Shown: positions 42,020-53,926 of the stretch, in pieces
Numbering within the stretch: the first letter of the stretch is position 1
Layout: each line of letters opens with the position of its first letter
Assembly: GCA_963704215.1 (NCBI GenBank)
Contig: CAVPHK010000007.1
Location: 10,823-74,822, forward strand
Length of the DNA: 64,000 nucleotides
DNA from: an uncultured Flavobacteriaceae bacterium
GTDB taxonomy: Bacteria; Bacteroidota; Bacteroidia; Flavobacteriales; Flavobacteriaceae
Reading direction: 5' to 3'
Made by a program: the position numbers and the translations under genes
The notes under the pieces: model-generated
Seen by the model: the letters and a program-made list of their open reading frames with translations, nothing else
What the model was told of the DNA's origin: nothing
The model's database searches: none

Positions 42020-43616
42020 ATTTTAAATTCGTCATTGGTTTTTATAGCATGCAATACCCAATCTAATTCGGGGTCTTTATGTTAGTTTCTATCGTCAATA
42101 GTCGGCACAATTTCTACATCGGGCTTAACGCCATAACCATCTGGATTTTGTTTAAAAGGTGTTTCAATTTGCATCAACCCCATTCTGATTTTTAGTTTGG
42201 AATTTGGTACTTGATAAATCTTGTAAATGCCGGCTACACAACCATTATAAGCACCACCCGTTTCTTCCCCAACAAAAACAGCGCGCTTGGTGGCTTTTAA
42301 ATGCGTTGAAAGTAAAGACGAAGCTGAAAAAGAATTTCCGTTAATTAACACATATAAATTGGCTTTATAGTTTAAAGGATTAGGCTCTTTTTCTTTTGAA
42401 AACCTAAGCTTATAGTAGATTTTTTCGTCTTTCTTTTTTGTTTTAATTAAATTCTGTGCAATGATAAAGGGCGACAAAATTACAGATGACACTTTAAGAA
42501 TAAAAGGCGTGGTATTCCCCATTAAATAGTTGAAATACGGCAAGCGGCTATTTACTTCACTCTCTTCAATAAGTTTGTAATTTTGGGTTGTTAAATAGGC
42601 ATATAGAAAATCTATTTCGGCTATGCGTCCACCGCCATTATCTCGTAAATCGATAATAAGATTCTTGGTTTGTAACAGAATCTAATGTTTTAAAACTTTC
42701 TTTATAAAACTTTCTATAATTACCATTAGAAAACGACTTTATTTTCATGTAAGCAATGGTGCTATCGACTCCCAAAAATTGAAAGTTACGCGTGTACCCT
42801 TCATGCTTATTTATAAAACCATGTATTCTATTAAATCGCCTATTTTGTTTCGCTACTTTTCTATTATGTTTCTTTTCTGAAGCGGTTAGTTTTAATTTCG
42901 CAATTGGCTTTAAACTATCTGTGGTAATGGAGTCTTTCTTTTTTTCTTTTTCAACACGTTTTAAGGTTCTGCTAAACAAAGAATCCTTCAACTTAAAGGT
43001 CACATTTAAACTGTCTAAATAACCTTTATCTTTAAAGTATAGCGAGGAAAAAGCATTACCCACAAGCCTATTATGTAAGGTTTTATTATAGCCATCTGAT
43101 GCAAATCGGGTTTTGTAAACATCAATTAATTCTTTGGTGTTTTCATGTTCTATCTTAACAACTTCACTACCGATTAATGTAGAATCTTCTCCCTTTAGTA
43201 TCTAAAACCCAAAGTTTATTATTTAAGTATTCAAAATCTAAATCGTAGAATTCAAACTTTTGCTTTTTTAATTTTTTATGTTCCTTGTTTGTAAATTGCT
43301 TGGTCGCAGACCCAACCGAAATATGTCCTTGCCTTACGCTAGCTACCACTGGTGCTAATTTTTTATAAAAATCACGAGAATTAATCGGTGTTGTTATAGA
43401 AGCTCTTAAGCTATCGAATTTAAAATCGAGTACTTCTTTTGGAGTATATTGGTAGAGTTTTGGATGGTTCTTCTTTAATTGTGTGTAAACCTTATCTACA
43501 TCGGTTTGTAAATTTTCAATAGAGTGTAAACGTGCTATTTGTGCGTTATACTTTTTAACACTTTTACACGACGCAACGAGCATTAAAACAAAAATAAACC
43601 CAATACTTTTTTTCAT
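42020..43616 (-). CDS. S41-family peptidase, lipoprotein (multiple frameshifts; 3' end approximate)
   Basis: LVASC lipobox, HPKLY, GH, DLRDNGGG (about 42625-42660), SFSASS, VGEETGG, GVKPD. Confidence 0.75.
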
Positions 43617-43756
43617 ATACAATAATAACGCTTTCAATACTTTCTCAACACACTTATTTATTCGAAAATATCACTTTTATCAATGCCTTAATTTTATTTA
43701 ACTTTTAATTATTTGCAATCAATTACTAAAAATAAATTTATGTAGTTTTGTGCTTT

Positions 43757-44215
43757 ATGCAAAAAAATATAAACATACAAAACAAAAAGGCGCGCTTTCT
43801 ATATGAAATATTAGACAAGTACACTGCCGGTATTGTTTTAACAGGAACCGAAATTAAATCGATACGAAGCAGTAAAGCCTCTATTGCCGAAAGTTTTTGT
43901 GAATTTAATGAAAAAGGTGAGCTTTTTGTAATTAATGCTACCATTGAAGAGTATGCTTTTGGAAATTATTACAACCATAGACCAAAAGCAGAACGTAAAT
44001 TACTTTTAAGCAAACGCGAATTAAAAAAGCTACATAAAGAAGTTCAAAGCTCTGGACTTACTATTATACCGCTACGGTTGTTTATTAACGAAAAAGGCTT
44101 TGCGAAATTAGAGATTGCCTTAGCTAAAGGAAAAAAGCTTTTTGACAAACGTGAAAGTATAAAAGACCGTGATAATAAACGCGATTTAGACAGAATAAAG
44201 AAAAACTTTAAATAA
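43757..44215 (+). CDS. smpB: SsrA-binding protein
   Basis: [35 protein letters not shown]. Confidence 0.96.
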   Translation: MQKNINIQNKKARFLYEILDKYTAGIVLTGTEIKSIRSSKASIAESFCEFNEKGELFVINATIEEYAFGNYYNHRPKAERKLLLSKRELKKLHKEVQSSGLTIIPLRLFINEKGFAKLEIALAKGKKLFDKRESIKDRDNKRDLDRIKKNFK

Positions 44216-44227
44216 TCATTTTTAATA

Positions 44228-44782
44228 ATGCTAAAAAAAACACTTCCGCTTTTATTCGTTTTATTAATTTCTTCAGTTGTACAATCGCAAGGCAAAAAAG
44301 CCCCTGCTGCCAAAGCTCCTGAAAAAGATTATACCGAAAATGTTTTAACTATCGATAGTACTATCAAAGCATTATATAGTTCTATTTCGGGTGAAAAAAA
44401 GGAAAAACGCGATTGGAACTTATTTAAATATTTATTTTATCCGGATGCCAAATTAATTGCTTCAGGCAAGAATGACGAAGGCAAACTACAAGTACGCTAC
44501 ATGAAACCAGACGATTACATAAAAAGTTCTGGGAAATGGCTAGTAGACAATGGTTTTATTGAAAAAGAAATACACCGCAAAGTAGATGCTTTCGGAACCA
44601 TGGCACAGGTTTTTAGTACCTATGAATCTTACAATAGCAAAAAAGATGAATCCCCGTTTATGCGAGGCATCAATAGTATTCAATTATTTAATGATGGAAA
44701 ACGTTGGTGGATAGTTAATGTGTATTGGGCTCATGAAAATAGAAGGAATTTAATCCCAATTGAATATTTTCCTGAAGATTAA
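44228..44782 (+). CDS. Secreted hypothetical protein (NTF2-like)
   Basis: Signal peptide; LYSSISG, RGINSIQL...RWWI motifs. Confidence 0.7.
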   Translation: MLKKTLPLLFVLLISSVVQSQGKKAPAAKAPEKDYTENVLTIDSTIKALYSSISGEKKEKRDWNLFKYLFYPDAKLIASGKNDEGKLQVRYMKPDDYIKSSGKWLVDNGFIEKEIHRKVDAFGTMAQVFSTYESYNSKKDESPFMRGINSIQLFNDGKRWWIVNVYWAHENRRNLIPIEYFPED

Positions 44783-44786
44783 AGCA

Positions 44787-45428
44787 TTAATTTTTATCTT
44801 CTAACAACGGCACAAATCTAAACTCCCCAAACTCGTGTTGCTCGAACTCTTTAGTGTCCTTTCTAATAAATAGGGTCATAATTTGACTGTCATCGCCCAC
44901 GGGAATTACCAACCTTCCTCCTACTTTTAACTGACTTAATAATGGTTTTGGCACATAAGGTGCACCAGCTGTTACAATAATACCATCAAAAGGAGCGTCT
45001 TCTTCCAAGCCTTTGTAACCATCTCCAAAAACAAGTTTTTTAGCTCTGTACCCTAATTTAGGTAAAAATTTGCTGGTTTTCTTAAACAATTCCTGTTGCC
45101 TTTCTATACTGTACACTTTGGCTCCTATTTCGCATAAAACAGCGGTTTGATAGCCACTACCAGTACCAATTTCTAGAATTTTATCATCCTTCTTTACTTG
45201 TAATAATTCGGTTTGAAAAGCTACAGTATACGGTTGCGATATAGTTTGATCTGCCGCAATAGGAAATGCCTTGTCAATATAAGCAAAGTCTAAAAACCCA
45301 GAATCCATAAACAAATGTCTTGGCACTTTACCTATAGCCTTTAAAACGGCTTCGTCTTTTATGCCTTTGCTAATTAACACATTAACTAATTGCTGTCGTA
45401 ATCCTTTATGTTTAAAAGTGTCTTTCAA
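44787..45428 (-). CDS. pcm: Protein-L-isoaspartate O-methyltransferase
   Basis: VPRHLF, QTISQP, LEIGTGSGY, FVPL. Confidence 0.94.
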   Translation of the reverse strand: MKDTFKHKGLRQQLVNVLISKGIKDEAVLKAIGKVPRHLFMDSGFLDFAYIDKAFPIAADQTISQPYTVAFQTELLQVKKDDKILEIGTGSGYQTAVLCEIGAKVYSIERQQELFKKTSKFLPKLGYRAKKLVFGDGYKGLEEDAPFDGIIVTAGAPYVPKPLLSQLKVGGRLVIPVGDDSQIMTLFIRKDTKEFEQHEFGEFRFVPLLEDKN

Positions 45429-45586
45429 AATTGGTGTGGTTTTTCAGGATAAAATTAGGTAAACATTTTTAGCTTAAAAAGCTAAATTTAGAATAATTTT
45501 AAAATGCTTTTTTATGAATTTATAATATTGGTTTTTTTAAATAAACCTTAAACTTTAGGTGCTAACGAACCATAGCAAATAGGCCC

Positions 45587-45664
45587 GCGTTAGGGATTGA
45601 AGCAAGCTACCGTGTAGCGCGTAAAGCCCGACCCTCCCGACCGCTCGGGAGGGGAACGCCCAAA
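45587..45664 (-). repeat. Structured intergenic repeat, copy B (minimal form)
   Basis: Minus strand TTTGGGCGTTCCCCTCCCGAGCGGTCGGGAGGGTCGGGCTTTACGCGCTACACGGTAGCTTGCTTCAATCCCTAACGC. Confidence 0.7.
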
Positions 45665-45746
45665 TAGTTATTTTAATTAAATTTAGATGCCAAATTATGA
45701 ACTACGTTTATTAATTATCTTATTTTTGTTGAAAACGTAAAATATT

Positions 45747-46707
45747 ATGCTAAAAGCTGGTGTACTTGGTGCTGGCCACCTCGGAAAAATTCATTTAAGA
45801 CTCTTAAAACAATCTGAAAAATACGAACTTGTAGGATTCTACGATGCCGACGAAGAAAGTGGCAAAAAGGTAGAAGCCGAATTTGGATATAAGTTTTTCA
45901 ATTCTATTGAAGCACTTATTGATGCTGTAGATATGGTAGATATTGTAACGCCTACCCTTATCTCATTACGAATGTGCAAAACAAGCCATTTCTAAAGGAA
46001 AACACATTTTTATTGAAAAGCCAATTACCAATACGGTTGAAGAGGCAGAACATATTAGAGAATTGCTTGCACAGCACAATTTAAGAGGTCAGGTTGGGCA
46101 TGTAGAGCGTTTCAACCCTGCATTTCTAGCTGTGAAAGACGAAATTAATTCGCCTATGTTTATAGAATCGCATCGATTGGCAGAATTTAATCCGCGTGGT
46201 ACCGATGTACCAGTGGTATTAGATTTAATGATTCATGATATAGATATTATTCTAAGTGTGGTAAAATCGAAAGTAAAAAATATTAGTGCCAGTGGTGTGG
46301 CAGTTATTAGTAATTCACCAGATATTGCCAATGCGCGTATTGAGTTTGAAAATGGTTGTGTTGCCAATTTAACTGCCAGCAGAATCTCTCTTAAAAAAAT
46401 GCGTAAAGCCCGATTTTTTCAAAAAGACGCCTATATTTCTGTAGATTTTCTGGACAAGAAATGCGAGGTTGTAAAAATGAAAGATGCCCCAGAAATGCCT
46501 GGTGATTTTGATATGGTGCTTCAAAATGCCGAAGGTATTAAAAAACAGATTTATTTTGATAATCCGCATGTGGCAAATAACAACTCTATTTTAGATGAAT
46601 TAGAATCGTTTGCGAATGCTATTAACACCAATTCGTCGCCAGAAGTGACGCTTCATGATGGTACTGAAGCATTACGCGTAGCAACTCAAATTATAAATTG
46701 TTTTTAA
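45747..46707 (+). CDS. Gfo/Idh/MocA-family oxidoreductase (frameshift near 45960)
   Basis: GAGHLG, EKP, VGHVERFNPA, DLMIHDID. Confidence 0.88.
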
Positions 46708-46821
46708 TCCCATCCTTAATCCTTCCCAAAGGGAAGGAAACTCTAATGAGTAAAATTTGTAATTAAATTAGACGAAACCATTAATATAACAATTTCTCTC
46801 CTTTGGAGAGATTAAGAGAGG
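46708..46821. repeat. Inverted pair of REP-like hairpins
   Basis: CCCATCCTTAA-TCCTTCCC-AAA-GGGAAGGA and, on the opposite strand, CCTCTCTTAA-TCTCTCC-AAA-GGAGAGA. Confidence 0.6.
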
Positions 46822-46824
46822 ATT

Positions 46825-47715
46825 ATGAAAAATATAGCTGTTATAGGTGCTGGAACCATGGGAAATGGCATCGCACATACCTTTGCCCAAAAAGGATTTA
46901 AAGTAAACCTAATAGATATAAGCCAAACTTCATTAGATAAAGGTCTCGCTACCATTACTAAAAATCTTGATAGAATGGTTTCAAAAGGAACCATTACACA
47001 ATCTGATAAAGACAATACACTTGTTAATATTTCAACTTTCACAAGTATCTCTGCCGGGGTTGAAAAGGTAAATTTAGTAGTAGAAGCTGCAACCGAAAAT
47101 GTCGATTTAAAACTTAAAATTTTCAAACAACTTGATGAAATTTGTGCTAAAGATTGCATTTTAGCAACCAATACGTCGTCTATATCCATTACCCAAATAG
47201 GAAGTGTAACTTCAAGACCCGATAAAGTAATAGGGATGCATTTTATGAATCCTGTACCAATTATGCAATTGGTTGAAATTATTCGGGGCTATAATACGAG
47301 CAACGAGGTTACAAAATTAATAATGGAATTATCGAAAAACTTAGGTAAAACCCCGGTTGAAGTTAACGATTATCCAGGTTTTGTAGCCAACCGTATTTTA
47401 ATGCCCATGATTAACGAATCGGTTGAAACACTTTATAACGGTGTAGCGGGCGTTAGCGAAATAGATACCGTTATGAAATTAGGTATGGCACACCCTATGG
47501 GACCATTACAACTAGCCGATTTTATAGGGTTAGATGTTTGCTTATCTATTTTAAACGTGATGTATGATGGGTTTAAAAATCCGAAGTATGCACCATGCCC
47601 ATTATTAGTCAATATGGTTAGAGCAGGAAAATTAGGCGTGAAATCTGGCGAAGGATTTTATGACTATTCCGAAAGTAAAAAAGCTGAAAAAATTGCAAAA
47701 CAGTTTTTAAAGTGA
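46825..47715 (+). CDS. 3-hydroxybutyryl-CoA dehydrogenase
   Basis: GAGTMG, ATNTSS, GMHFMNP, PGFVANR, PMGP, DFIGLD. Confidence 0.92.
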   Translation: MKNIAVIGAGTMGNGIAHTFAQKGFKVNLIDISQTSLDKGLATITKNLDRMVSKGTITQSDKDNTLVNISTFTSISAGVEKVNLVVEAATENVDLKLKIFKQLDEICAKDCILATNTSSISITQIGSVTSRPDKVIGMHFMNPVPIMQLVEIIRGYNTSNEVTKLIMELSKNLGKTPVEVNDYPGFVANRILMPMINESVETLYNGVAGVSEIDTVMKLGMAHPMGPLQLADFIGLDVCLSILNVMYDGFKNPKYAPCPLLVNMVRAGKLGVKSGEGFYDYSESKKAEKIAKQFLK

Positions 47716-47756
47716 GCCGTAGTAAACCGTATTACTTAGACTAAAAACCAGTTAAA

Positions 47757-48995
47757 ATGGCAACAGTAATTCCTTTTAAAGCAGTACGACCAACCCGAGA
47801 CAAAGTAGGGCTTGTTGCGTCGCGCTCCTATCAAAGTTATTCTGAACCCGAACTTGAAGCACGCCTAAATTATAATCCATTTTCATTTTTACATATTGTA
47901 AATCCTGGTTATAAATACGATAAAGATTTACGTGGACAGGAGCGCTACAGTCTGGTAAAAAATCGCTATTTAGAATTTAAGGAAGATGGCATTTTTGTGC
48001 AAGACCAAACACCATGCTACTATATCTACAAAATTGTAAACCGCAATGGTGATGAATTCTCTGGAATTATTGCGGCAACAAGTACCGAAGACTACAAAAA
48101 TAATGTTATTAAAAGACACGAAGATACCTTGGAGTATCGCGAACATGTTTTTAAAGATTATTTGAAAACAGTTGGGTTTAATGCAGAACCCGTATTACTT
48201 ACCTATCCAGATAACGATGTTATAAAAACTATAATTTCGAAAACTCAAAAAGTGAGAGCAGAATTTGAATTTACAACCCATTTTCGAGACACGCATTATT
48301 TATGGGTTTTAGATGATCCGATAGCGATTGAAAAAATTAAAACGGAATTCGACAATATTAAAACCATTTATATTGCCGATGGGCATCATCGAACCGCATC
48401 ATCGTATTTACTTTCGGAAGTTTTAAAATCTGAAAACCCAAATCATAATGGTAAAGAACCCTATAATTTTTTTATGAGTTATTTACTTCCAGAATCCGAA
48501 TTAAAAATTCATGAATATAACAGGCTGGTTAAAGACTTAAACGGGTTAACTAAAGAAGCCTTTTTAATTCAATTAGATACTGTTTTCAGAATTGAAAACC
48601 GTGGTATCGAGCTCTATCAGCCAACAAAAAAACATCATTTTTGTATGTATTTAGATGGCGAATTTTATTCGTTGTTTCTACGAAAAATGACTTATCAATT
48701 TGAAAACACGTTAGAGGGATTAGATACTCAGATTTTATATAAAACCATTTTAGAACCTATTTTAGGGATTTCGGATGTTAGAAATAATACCCGCTTAAGT
48801 TATTCTTACGGAACAAACAATTTGGTAACCATCAAAACCAAGGTAGATTCAGGCGAATTTAATGTTGGTTTTGGTCTTGTACCTATTAAAATAAACGAAT
48901 TAAAAGCTATTGCGAACGAAGGGTTAACCATGCCGCCAAAAAGCACTTTTATAGAGCCAAAATTACGCAGTGGTATAACTATTTATGAATTTTAG
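47757..48995 (+). CDS. DUF1015 family protein
   Basis: PFKAVRP, IKRHE, YIADGHHR, MPPKSTFIEPK. Confidence 0.9.
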   Translation: MATVIPFKAVRPTRDKVGLVASRSYQSYSEPELEARLNYNPFSFLHIVNPGYKYDKDLRGQERYSLVKNRYLEFKEDGIFVQDQTPCYYIYKIVNRNGDEFSGIIAATSTEDYKNNVIKRHEDTLEYREHVFKDYLKTVGFNAEPVLLTYPDNDVIKTIISKTQKVRAEFEFTTHFRDTHYLWVLDDPIAIEKIKTEFDNIKTIYIADGHHRTASSYLLSEVLKSENPNHNGKEPYNFFMSYLLPESELKIHEYNRLVKDLNGLTKEAFLIQLDTVFRIENRGIELYQPTKKHHFCMYLDGEFYSLFLRKMTYQFENTLEGLDTQILYKTILEPILGISDVRNNTRLSYSYGTNNLVTIKTKVDSGEFNVGFGLVPIKINELKAIANEGLTMPPKSTFIEPKLRSGITIYEF

Positions 48996-48998
48996 ATC

Positions 48999-49665
48999 AT
49001 GACGATACAAGAAAACTTAAATAAAATAAAATCTACCTTACCAAAACACGTTACGCTAGTGGCCGTTTCTAAAACTAAACCTGTTAACGCCATAATGGAA
49101 GCCTATAAAGCTGGTCAACGCATTTTTGGAGAAAATAAAATTCAAGAAATGGTTGATAAGTATGATGTTTTACCAAATGATATTGAATGGCACATGATTG
49201 GGCATGTACAAAAAAATAAAGTCAAATATATGGCATCATTTGTAAGTTTAATTCATGGTGTTGACGATATTAAATTATTAGAAGAAATAAACAAGCAAGC
49301 AAAAAAGCACGACAGAATTATTAATTGTTTACTTCAAATAAAAATAGCTTCAGAAGAATCGAAATTTGGTATGACACCCATTGAAGCATAAAAGTCTGTT
49401 ACAATCTCCTGTTTTTTCAGAATTAAAAAACATTAAAATTACAGGAGTTATGGGAATGGCTACTTTTACCGAAAATGAAAGTCAGATTAAAAATGAGTTT
49501 ACATTGTTAAAAACTACTTTTGATACCTTAAAATCATTCGAAACTTTTAACTTTAAACCAGAAACCATAAGTATGGGCATGAGTGGCGATTACGAATTAG
49601 CGATAGCATGCGGAAGTAATATGATTCGTGTTGGTAGTAGTATTTTTGGCGAACGAAATTATTAA
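48999..49665 (+). CDS. yggS: PLP homeostasis protein YggS (frameshift near 49390)
   Basis: LVAVSKTK, FGENKIQE, WHMIGH, SMGMSGDY, IRVGSSIFG. Confidence 0.9.
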
Positions 49666-49722
49666 TTATTTGGTATTTGGTAAAATTTAGCAATAAAAAA
49701 CGATTAAACACAGAAACACTTT

Positions 49723-51093
49723 TTGTACGCAATATTAGACATAGAAACTACGGGTGGTAAATATAATGAAGAAGGAATTACAGAAATTGCTATCTATAAA
49801 TTTGATGGCCATAAAGTAGTCGATCAGTTTATAAGTCTTATCAACCCAGAGCGCGATATTCAACCTTTTGTAGTAAATCTTACAGGTATTAATAACAGTA
49901 TGCTTCGCAATGCGCCTAAATTTTATGAGGTTGCAAAACGCATTGTTGAAATTACAGACGATTGCACTTTAGTAGCACACAATGCCCAATTTGACTATCG
50001 AATACTTTGCACAGAATTTAGTCGCTTGGGCTTCGAATATGTTCGTCCGTCGCTTTGTACCGTAGAGCTTTCAAAAGATTTAATTCCTGGTCAGGAATCC
50101 TATAGTTTAGGAAAATTAGTGCGCTCGCTTGGTATTCCGGTAACCGACAGACATCGAGCCACCGGAGATGCCTTGGCAACCGTAAAACTATTTCAAATGT
50201 TATTGGATAAAGATACAGGCAAAAGTATCATTCAACAATCCATACGTTTAAATCCGAAACTTCAACTAGAGCCAAAACACATAGACATCATTAAAGAATT
50301 ACCCTCTGTAACCGGAGTTTATTATATTCACAAAAACGATGGGGAAATTATTTATATAGGAAAAAGTAAAAATATAAAACAACGCATCAATCAACATTTC
50401 ACAAACACTAATCACAAATCAAAAAAATTACAAGCTCAAGTTTCTACGGTTACTTACGAAGAAACTGGTAGCGAGTTGGTGGCGCTGTTAAAAGAAAGTG
50501 AAGAAATAAAAAGAGTAAAACCTAAATTTAATCGCGCATTAAGGCGCACCTCGTTCACACATGCGTTATATAGTTTTGTGGACGATAATAATTATTTAAA
50601 CTTAAAAATTGATATTGTAGACGGGCGCAAAAAACCCATAACCACCTTCACAAATAAACAAAGTGGAAAAAGTTTTATTACAAAAGCTGTTGAAGATTAT
50701 CGCTTATGCCAAAAGTTAACAGGATTATACAAAACAAAAACCAGCTGTTTTAATTACGACATTAAAACCTGCGATGGGGCTTGTGTTAATAAGGAAGCAC
50801 CCGAAACTTATAATAAACGTGTTGAAGCCCTAATAACTAAAAACAGTTATGCGAATAAAAATATGGTAATTATTGATAAAGGACGGGATATCGACGAACG
50901 TAGTGCTATTTTAATCGAAAACGGCGTTTTTAAAGGTCTTGGGTTTTTCAATTTAAATTATCAAATTAACAACATCGAGGTATTAGAATCTATAATAACT
51001 CCCATGCAGAATAATAGAGACACGCAACATATTATTCAAAGTTACCTTCGAAAAAATAAACATGTAAAACAAATTACGTTTGATAACCCATGA
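49723..51093 (+). CDS. DEDDh 3'-5' exonuclease (Pol III epsilon-like) fused to a GIY-YIG domain
   Basis: DIETTG, AHNAQFD, HRATGDA; GVYY...IYIGKS. Confidence 0.9.
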   Translation: MYAILDIETTGGKYNEEGITEIAIYKFDGHKVVDQFISLINPERDIQPFVVNLTGINNSMLRNAPKFYEVAKRIVEITDDCTLVAHNAQFDYRILCTEFSRLGFEYVRPSLCTVELSKDLIPGQESYSLGKLVRSLGIPVTDRHRATGDALATVKLFQMLLDKDTGKSIIQQSIRLNPKLQLEPKHIDIIKELPSVTGVYYIHKNDGEIIYIGKSKNIKQRINQHFTNTNHKSKKLQAQVSTVTYEETGSELVALLKESEEIKRVKPKFNRALRRTSFTHALYSFVDDNNYLNLKIDIVDGRKKPITTFTNKQSGKSFITKAVEDYRLCQKLTGLYKTKTSCFNYDIKTCDGACVNKEAPETYNKRVEALITKNSYANKNMVIIDKGRDIDERSAILIENGVFKGLGFFNLNYQINNIEVLESIITPMQNNRDTQHIIQSYLRKNKHVKQITFDNP

Positions 51094-53051
51094 AAAACTT
51101 TACTTTACTTACCTGTCTTTTATGTAATTTTCTGCTTTTTTCTCAAACAAACTTCAACTCAGACTCCTACAATGTGTCTTTAAACGACATTGAAACGAAC
51201 GTCTTTGCTGCAGATACTACCGCGAATGCTTTGGTAATTTATGAAGCAGGCAATAGCTATGTTGACAAAAATGAATACGACCTAAGAACAGAACTAAAAC
51301 ATAAAATTAAAATATTAAAACGCGAAGGGTTTGATAAGGCAAACGTTGCTATTTATCTTTATAATAACGATGAACGGAAAGAACAAATAAAAAATATTTT
51401 TGCAGCAACCTATAACCTAGAAGCTGGAAAAATTAAGATTACAAAACTTGATGCTAAAAATATTTTTACCGAAAAATACAACGAAAATTATACGGTGGTA
51501 AAGTTTACACTACCAAACATAAAAGAAGGCTCTGTTATTACGTATAGTTACACCAAAACCTCGCCATTTATGTTTAATTATTATGGATGGGAGTTTCAAG
51601 ACGATATTCCAAAACTTTACAGCGATTACAGAACGAGCATTCCCGCCAATTGGGATTATAATATAAAATTAGTAGGATATAAACCACTAGATATAAACAC
51701 TTCAGAAGTAGAAAAAAATTGTTTGGAAGGACCCAGAGGTGCCAGCGCAGGTTGTTCTTTAATGCATTATGCCATGAAAGATATTCCGGCATTTAAGGAA
51801 GAAAATTATATGACCTCTAAATCAAACTATCTGGCGCGTATTGAATACGAATTAAAAACATTTCAAGGATTTGATGGGGTTATTAATCATTACACCAAAA
51901 CATGGGAAACTGTAGATGATGAACTAAGAAAAGAACCAAATATTGGCAGACAGTTAGGAAAGTCTATAAAATTAGAAGATTTTTTAGATGCCTCCATAAT
52001 ATCCGAAACCAATGCATTAAAAAAAGCAGAAAGCATCTATTGGTTTGTTCAAGACAATTATACTTGGAACGAAGAGTTTAACATCTTTAAAGATGTATCA
52101 ATAAAAGACATCATCAATAATAAATCTGGTAATGTTTCGGCTATAAACATCTTATTGCATAATTTATTGCTAGAGGCTGGAATTGATGTAAAACCTGTTT
52201 TATTATCAACCAGAAATAGTGGGTTTGCAACAAAAATTTTCCCAGTTATTTCAGAATTTAATTACTTAATTGTGCAAGCAACAATTAATGGTAAATCTTA
52301 TTTATTAGATGCCACCGATAAATACCTGAGCTTTGGCGATCTACCATTTAGATGTTTAAATGGTTATGGCAGAATTTTAGATTTTAAAAAAGGAAGCGAA
52401 TGGATTGATATTGCTGCAAATAATTTATCCACTAAACTATGTAAAATCGAATTAAATTTAAGCGACTCTGGCAATATCGCGGGCAAGGTTACAGACCAAA
52501 GCACTGGTTATCACGCTTTAAACAGCAAAAAGCAGTATTTTCCTAATAAAGAAACTTATGTAGATCAACTTCAAAATAATTTTCCGCATATCGAAATAAC
52601 AAACCACAGTGTTGATAACGAGGATAAAAAAAGTCCAAATTTCGTAGAAACATACGATGTAACTTACGAAGACAATCTTATTGCAGACAAAATTTATCTC
52701 AATCCGTTTTTATTTAAATTTTTTAATGAAAATCCGTTTAAACTACAAGAAAGAACATACCCCATAGATTTTGGATATAAAGATGTCTATTTCTATTCAA
52801 TGAAATTAAATATTGGTGAATCCTTTTCAATTATTGAAGCACCAAAAGATTATGTAATTTCTTTGCCTAATAATTCGGGACAATTACTATTTACAAGTAC
52901 GATTCAGAATAATTCAGTAATCGTTTCACTTAAGTTTAATTTCAAAGAATCTATTTATGGTCCTGAATACTATCCCTATTTAAAAGAATTTATGAATAAA
53001 ATTGTTGACATTCAAACCAATTCTCTTATCTTATTAGAAAAGAAGCAATAA
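51090..53051 (+). CDS. DUF3857 / transglutaminase-like domain protein
   Basis: Signal peptide; KIKILKREG, FTLPNIKEGSV, LLSTR, LLDAT, RTYPIDFG. Confidence 0.82.
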   Translation: MKNFTLLTCLLCNFLLFSQTNFNSDSYNVSLNDIETNVFAADTTANALVIYEAGNSYVDKNEYDLRTELKHKIKILKREGFDKANVAIYLYNNDERKEQIKNIFAATYNLEAGKIKITKLDAKNIFTEKYNENYTVVKFTLPNIKEGSVITYSYTKTSPFMFNYYGWEFQDDIPKLYSDYRTSIPANWDYNIKLVGYKPLDINTSEVEKNCLEGPRGASAGCSLMHYAMKDIPAFKEENYMTSKSNYLARIEYELKTFQGFDGVINHYTKTWETVDDELRKEPNIGRQLGKSIKLEDFLDASIISETNALKKAESIYWFVQDNYTWNEEFNIFKDVSIKDIINNKSGNVSAINILLHNLLLEAGIDVKPVLLSTRNSGFATKIFPVISEFNYLIVQATINGKSYLLDATDKYLSFGDLPFRCLNGYGRILDFKKGSEWIDIAANNLSTKLCKIELNLSDSGNIAGKVTDQSTGYHALNSKKQYFPNKETYVDQLQNNFPHIEITNHSVDNEDKKSPNFVETYDVTYEDNLIADKIYLNPFLFKFFNENPFKLQERTYPIDFGYKDVYFYSMKLNIGESFSIIEAPKDYVISLPNNSGQLLFTSTIQNNSVIVSLKFNFKESIYGPEYYPYLKEFMNKIVDIQTNSLILLEKKQ

Positions 53052-53073
53052 AACTTTTATTACTTTTGAAACT

Positions 53074-53926
53074 ATGCAAAAAAGCAAATTCATTAGATGG
53101 AGAATTAGACTCTATCAAATAATTTATGAAGCAGACACCCCTGCAGGTAAGTTATTTGATATTGTTTTAATGATAACCATTATTGCTAGTATTTTATTGG
53201 TCATGTTGGAGAGCGTTAAAAGTATTGACGCCAAGTTTCATGATTTCCTTAATATCTCTGAGTGGGTTATCACCATACTTTTTACGTTCGAATATATTGC
53301 GAGAATTATAACCGTAAAAAAACCAATACATTATATCTTTAGTTTTTACGGAATTATAGATTTGTTGTCCACTATACCTAAATACATTTCTTTAATTTTT
53401 GGAGGCGTACATGCTTTGGCAGCGTTACGCGCTTTAAGATTATTACGCATATTCAGAATTCTTAAAATTAACGCGTTATTTAGGAGCCTCCAATAATTTA
53501 GTCCGCGCCTTAAAAGCGAGTCGTGCAAAAATTTCTGTGTTTTTATTTGCAGTTATAATTGTAGCCATTATTCTTGGTACCATAATGTATTTAGTTGAAG
53601 GAGAAGAGAACGGATTTACGAATATTCCAAAAAGTGTGTATTGGTGTATTGTAACTCTTACTACAGTTGGGTTTGGCGATATTGCACCACAAACCCCGCT
53701 AGGGCAGTTTATTGCATCTTTAGTAATGATTTTAGGTTATGGTATCATTGCAGTACCAACGGGCATTGTATCGGCAGAATATACTGCTCAAAATAAAGAC
53801 AAACCTGAACCTGCTGATGCTAAAGTAAAACTTAACCTTAAATCGTGCCCAAAGTGTGCCGCAGAAAACCATAAAGACCATGCCAAGTATTGTTACAGCT
53901 GCGGGAGTGAAATAAAAAATGAATAA
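53074..53926 (+). CDS. Voltage-gated potassium channel / ion transporter (frameshift near 53470)
   Basis: S4 segment LRALRLLRIFRILK; pore TLTTVGFGD; C-terminal zinc ribbon. Confidence 0.88.

Noticed and set aside
41848-42054. 68-aa ORF upstream of lpdA as a separate gene
   Set aside because: It continues the frame of the S41 peptidase C-terminus (KDPELDWVLHAIK) and is probably read-through caused by another indel.
43757-44215. tmRNA (ssrA) or tRNA genes near smpB
   Set aside because: No tRNA-like or tmRNA-like sequence is recognisable in the flanking gaps.
49723-51093. GIY-YIG domain as a homing endonuclease or mobile element
   Set aside because: It is the common DEDDh exonuclease / UvrC-like fusion in a housekeeping context, with no intron or insertion boundaries.
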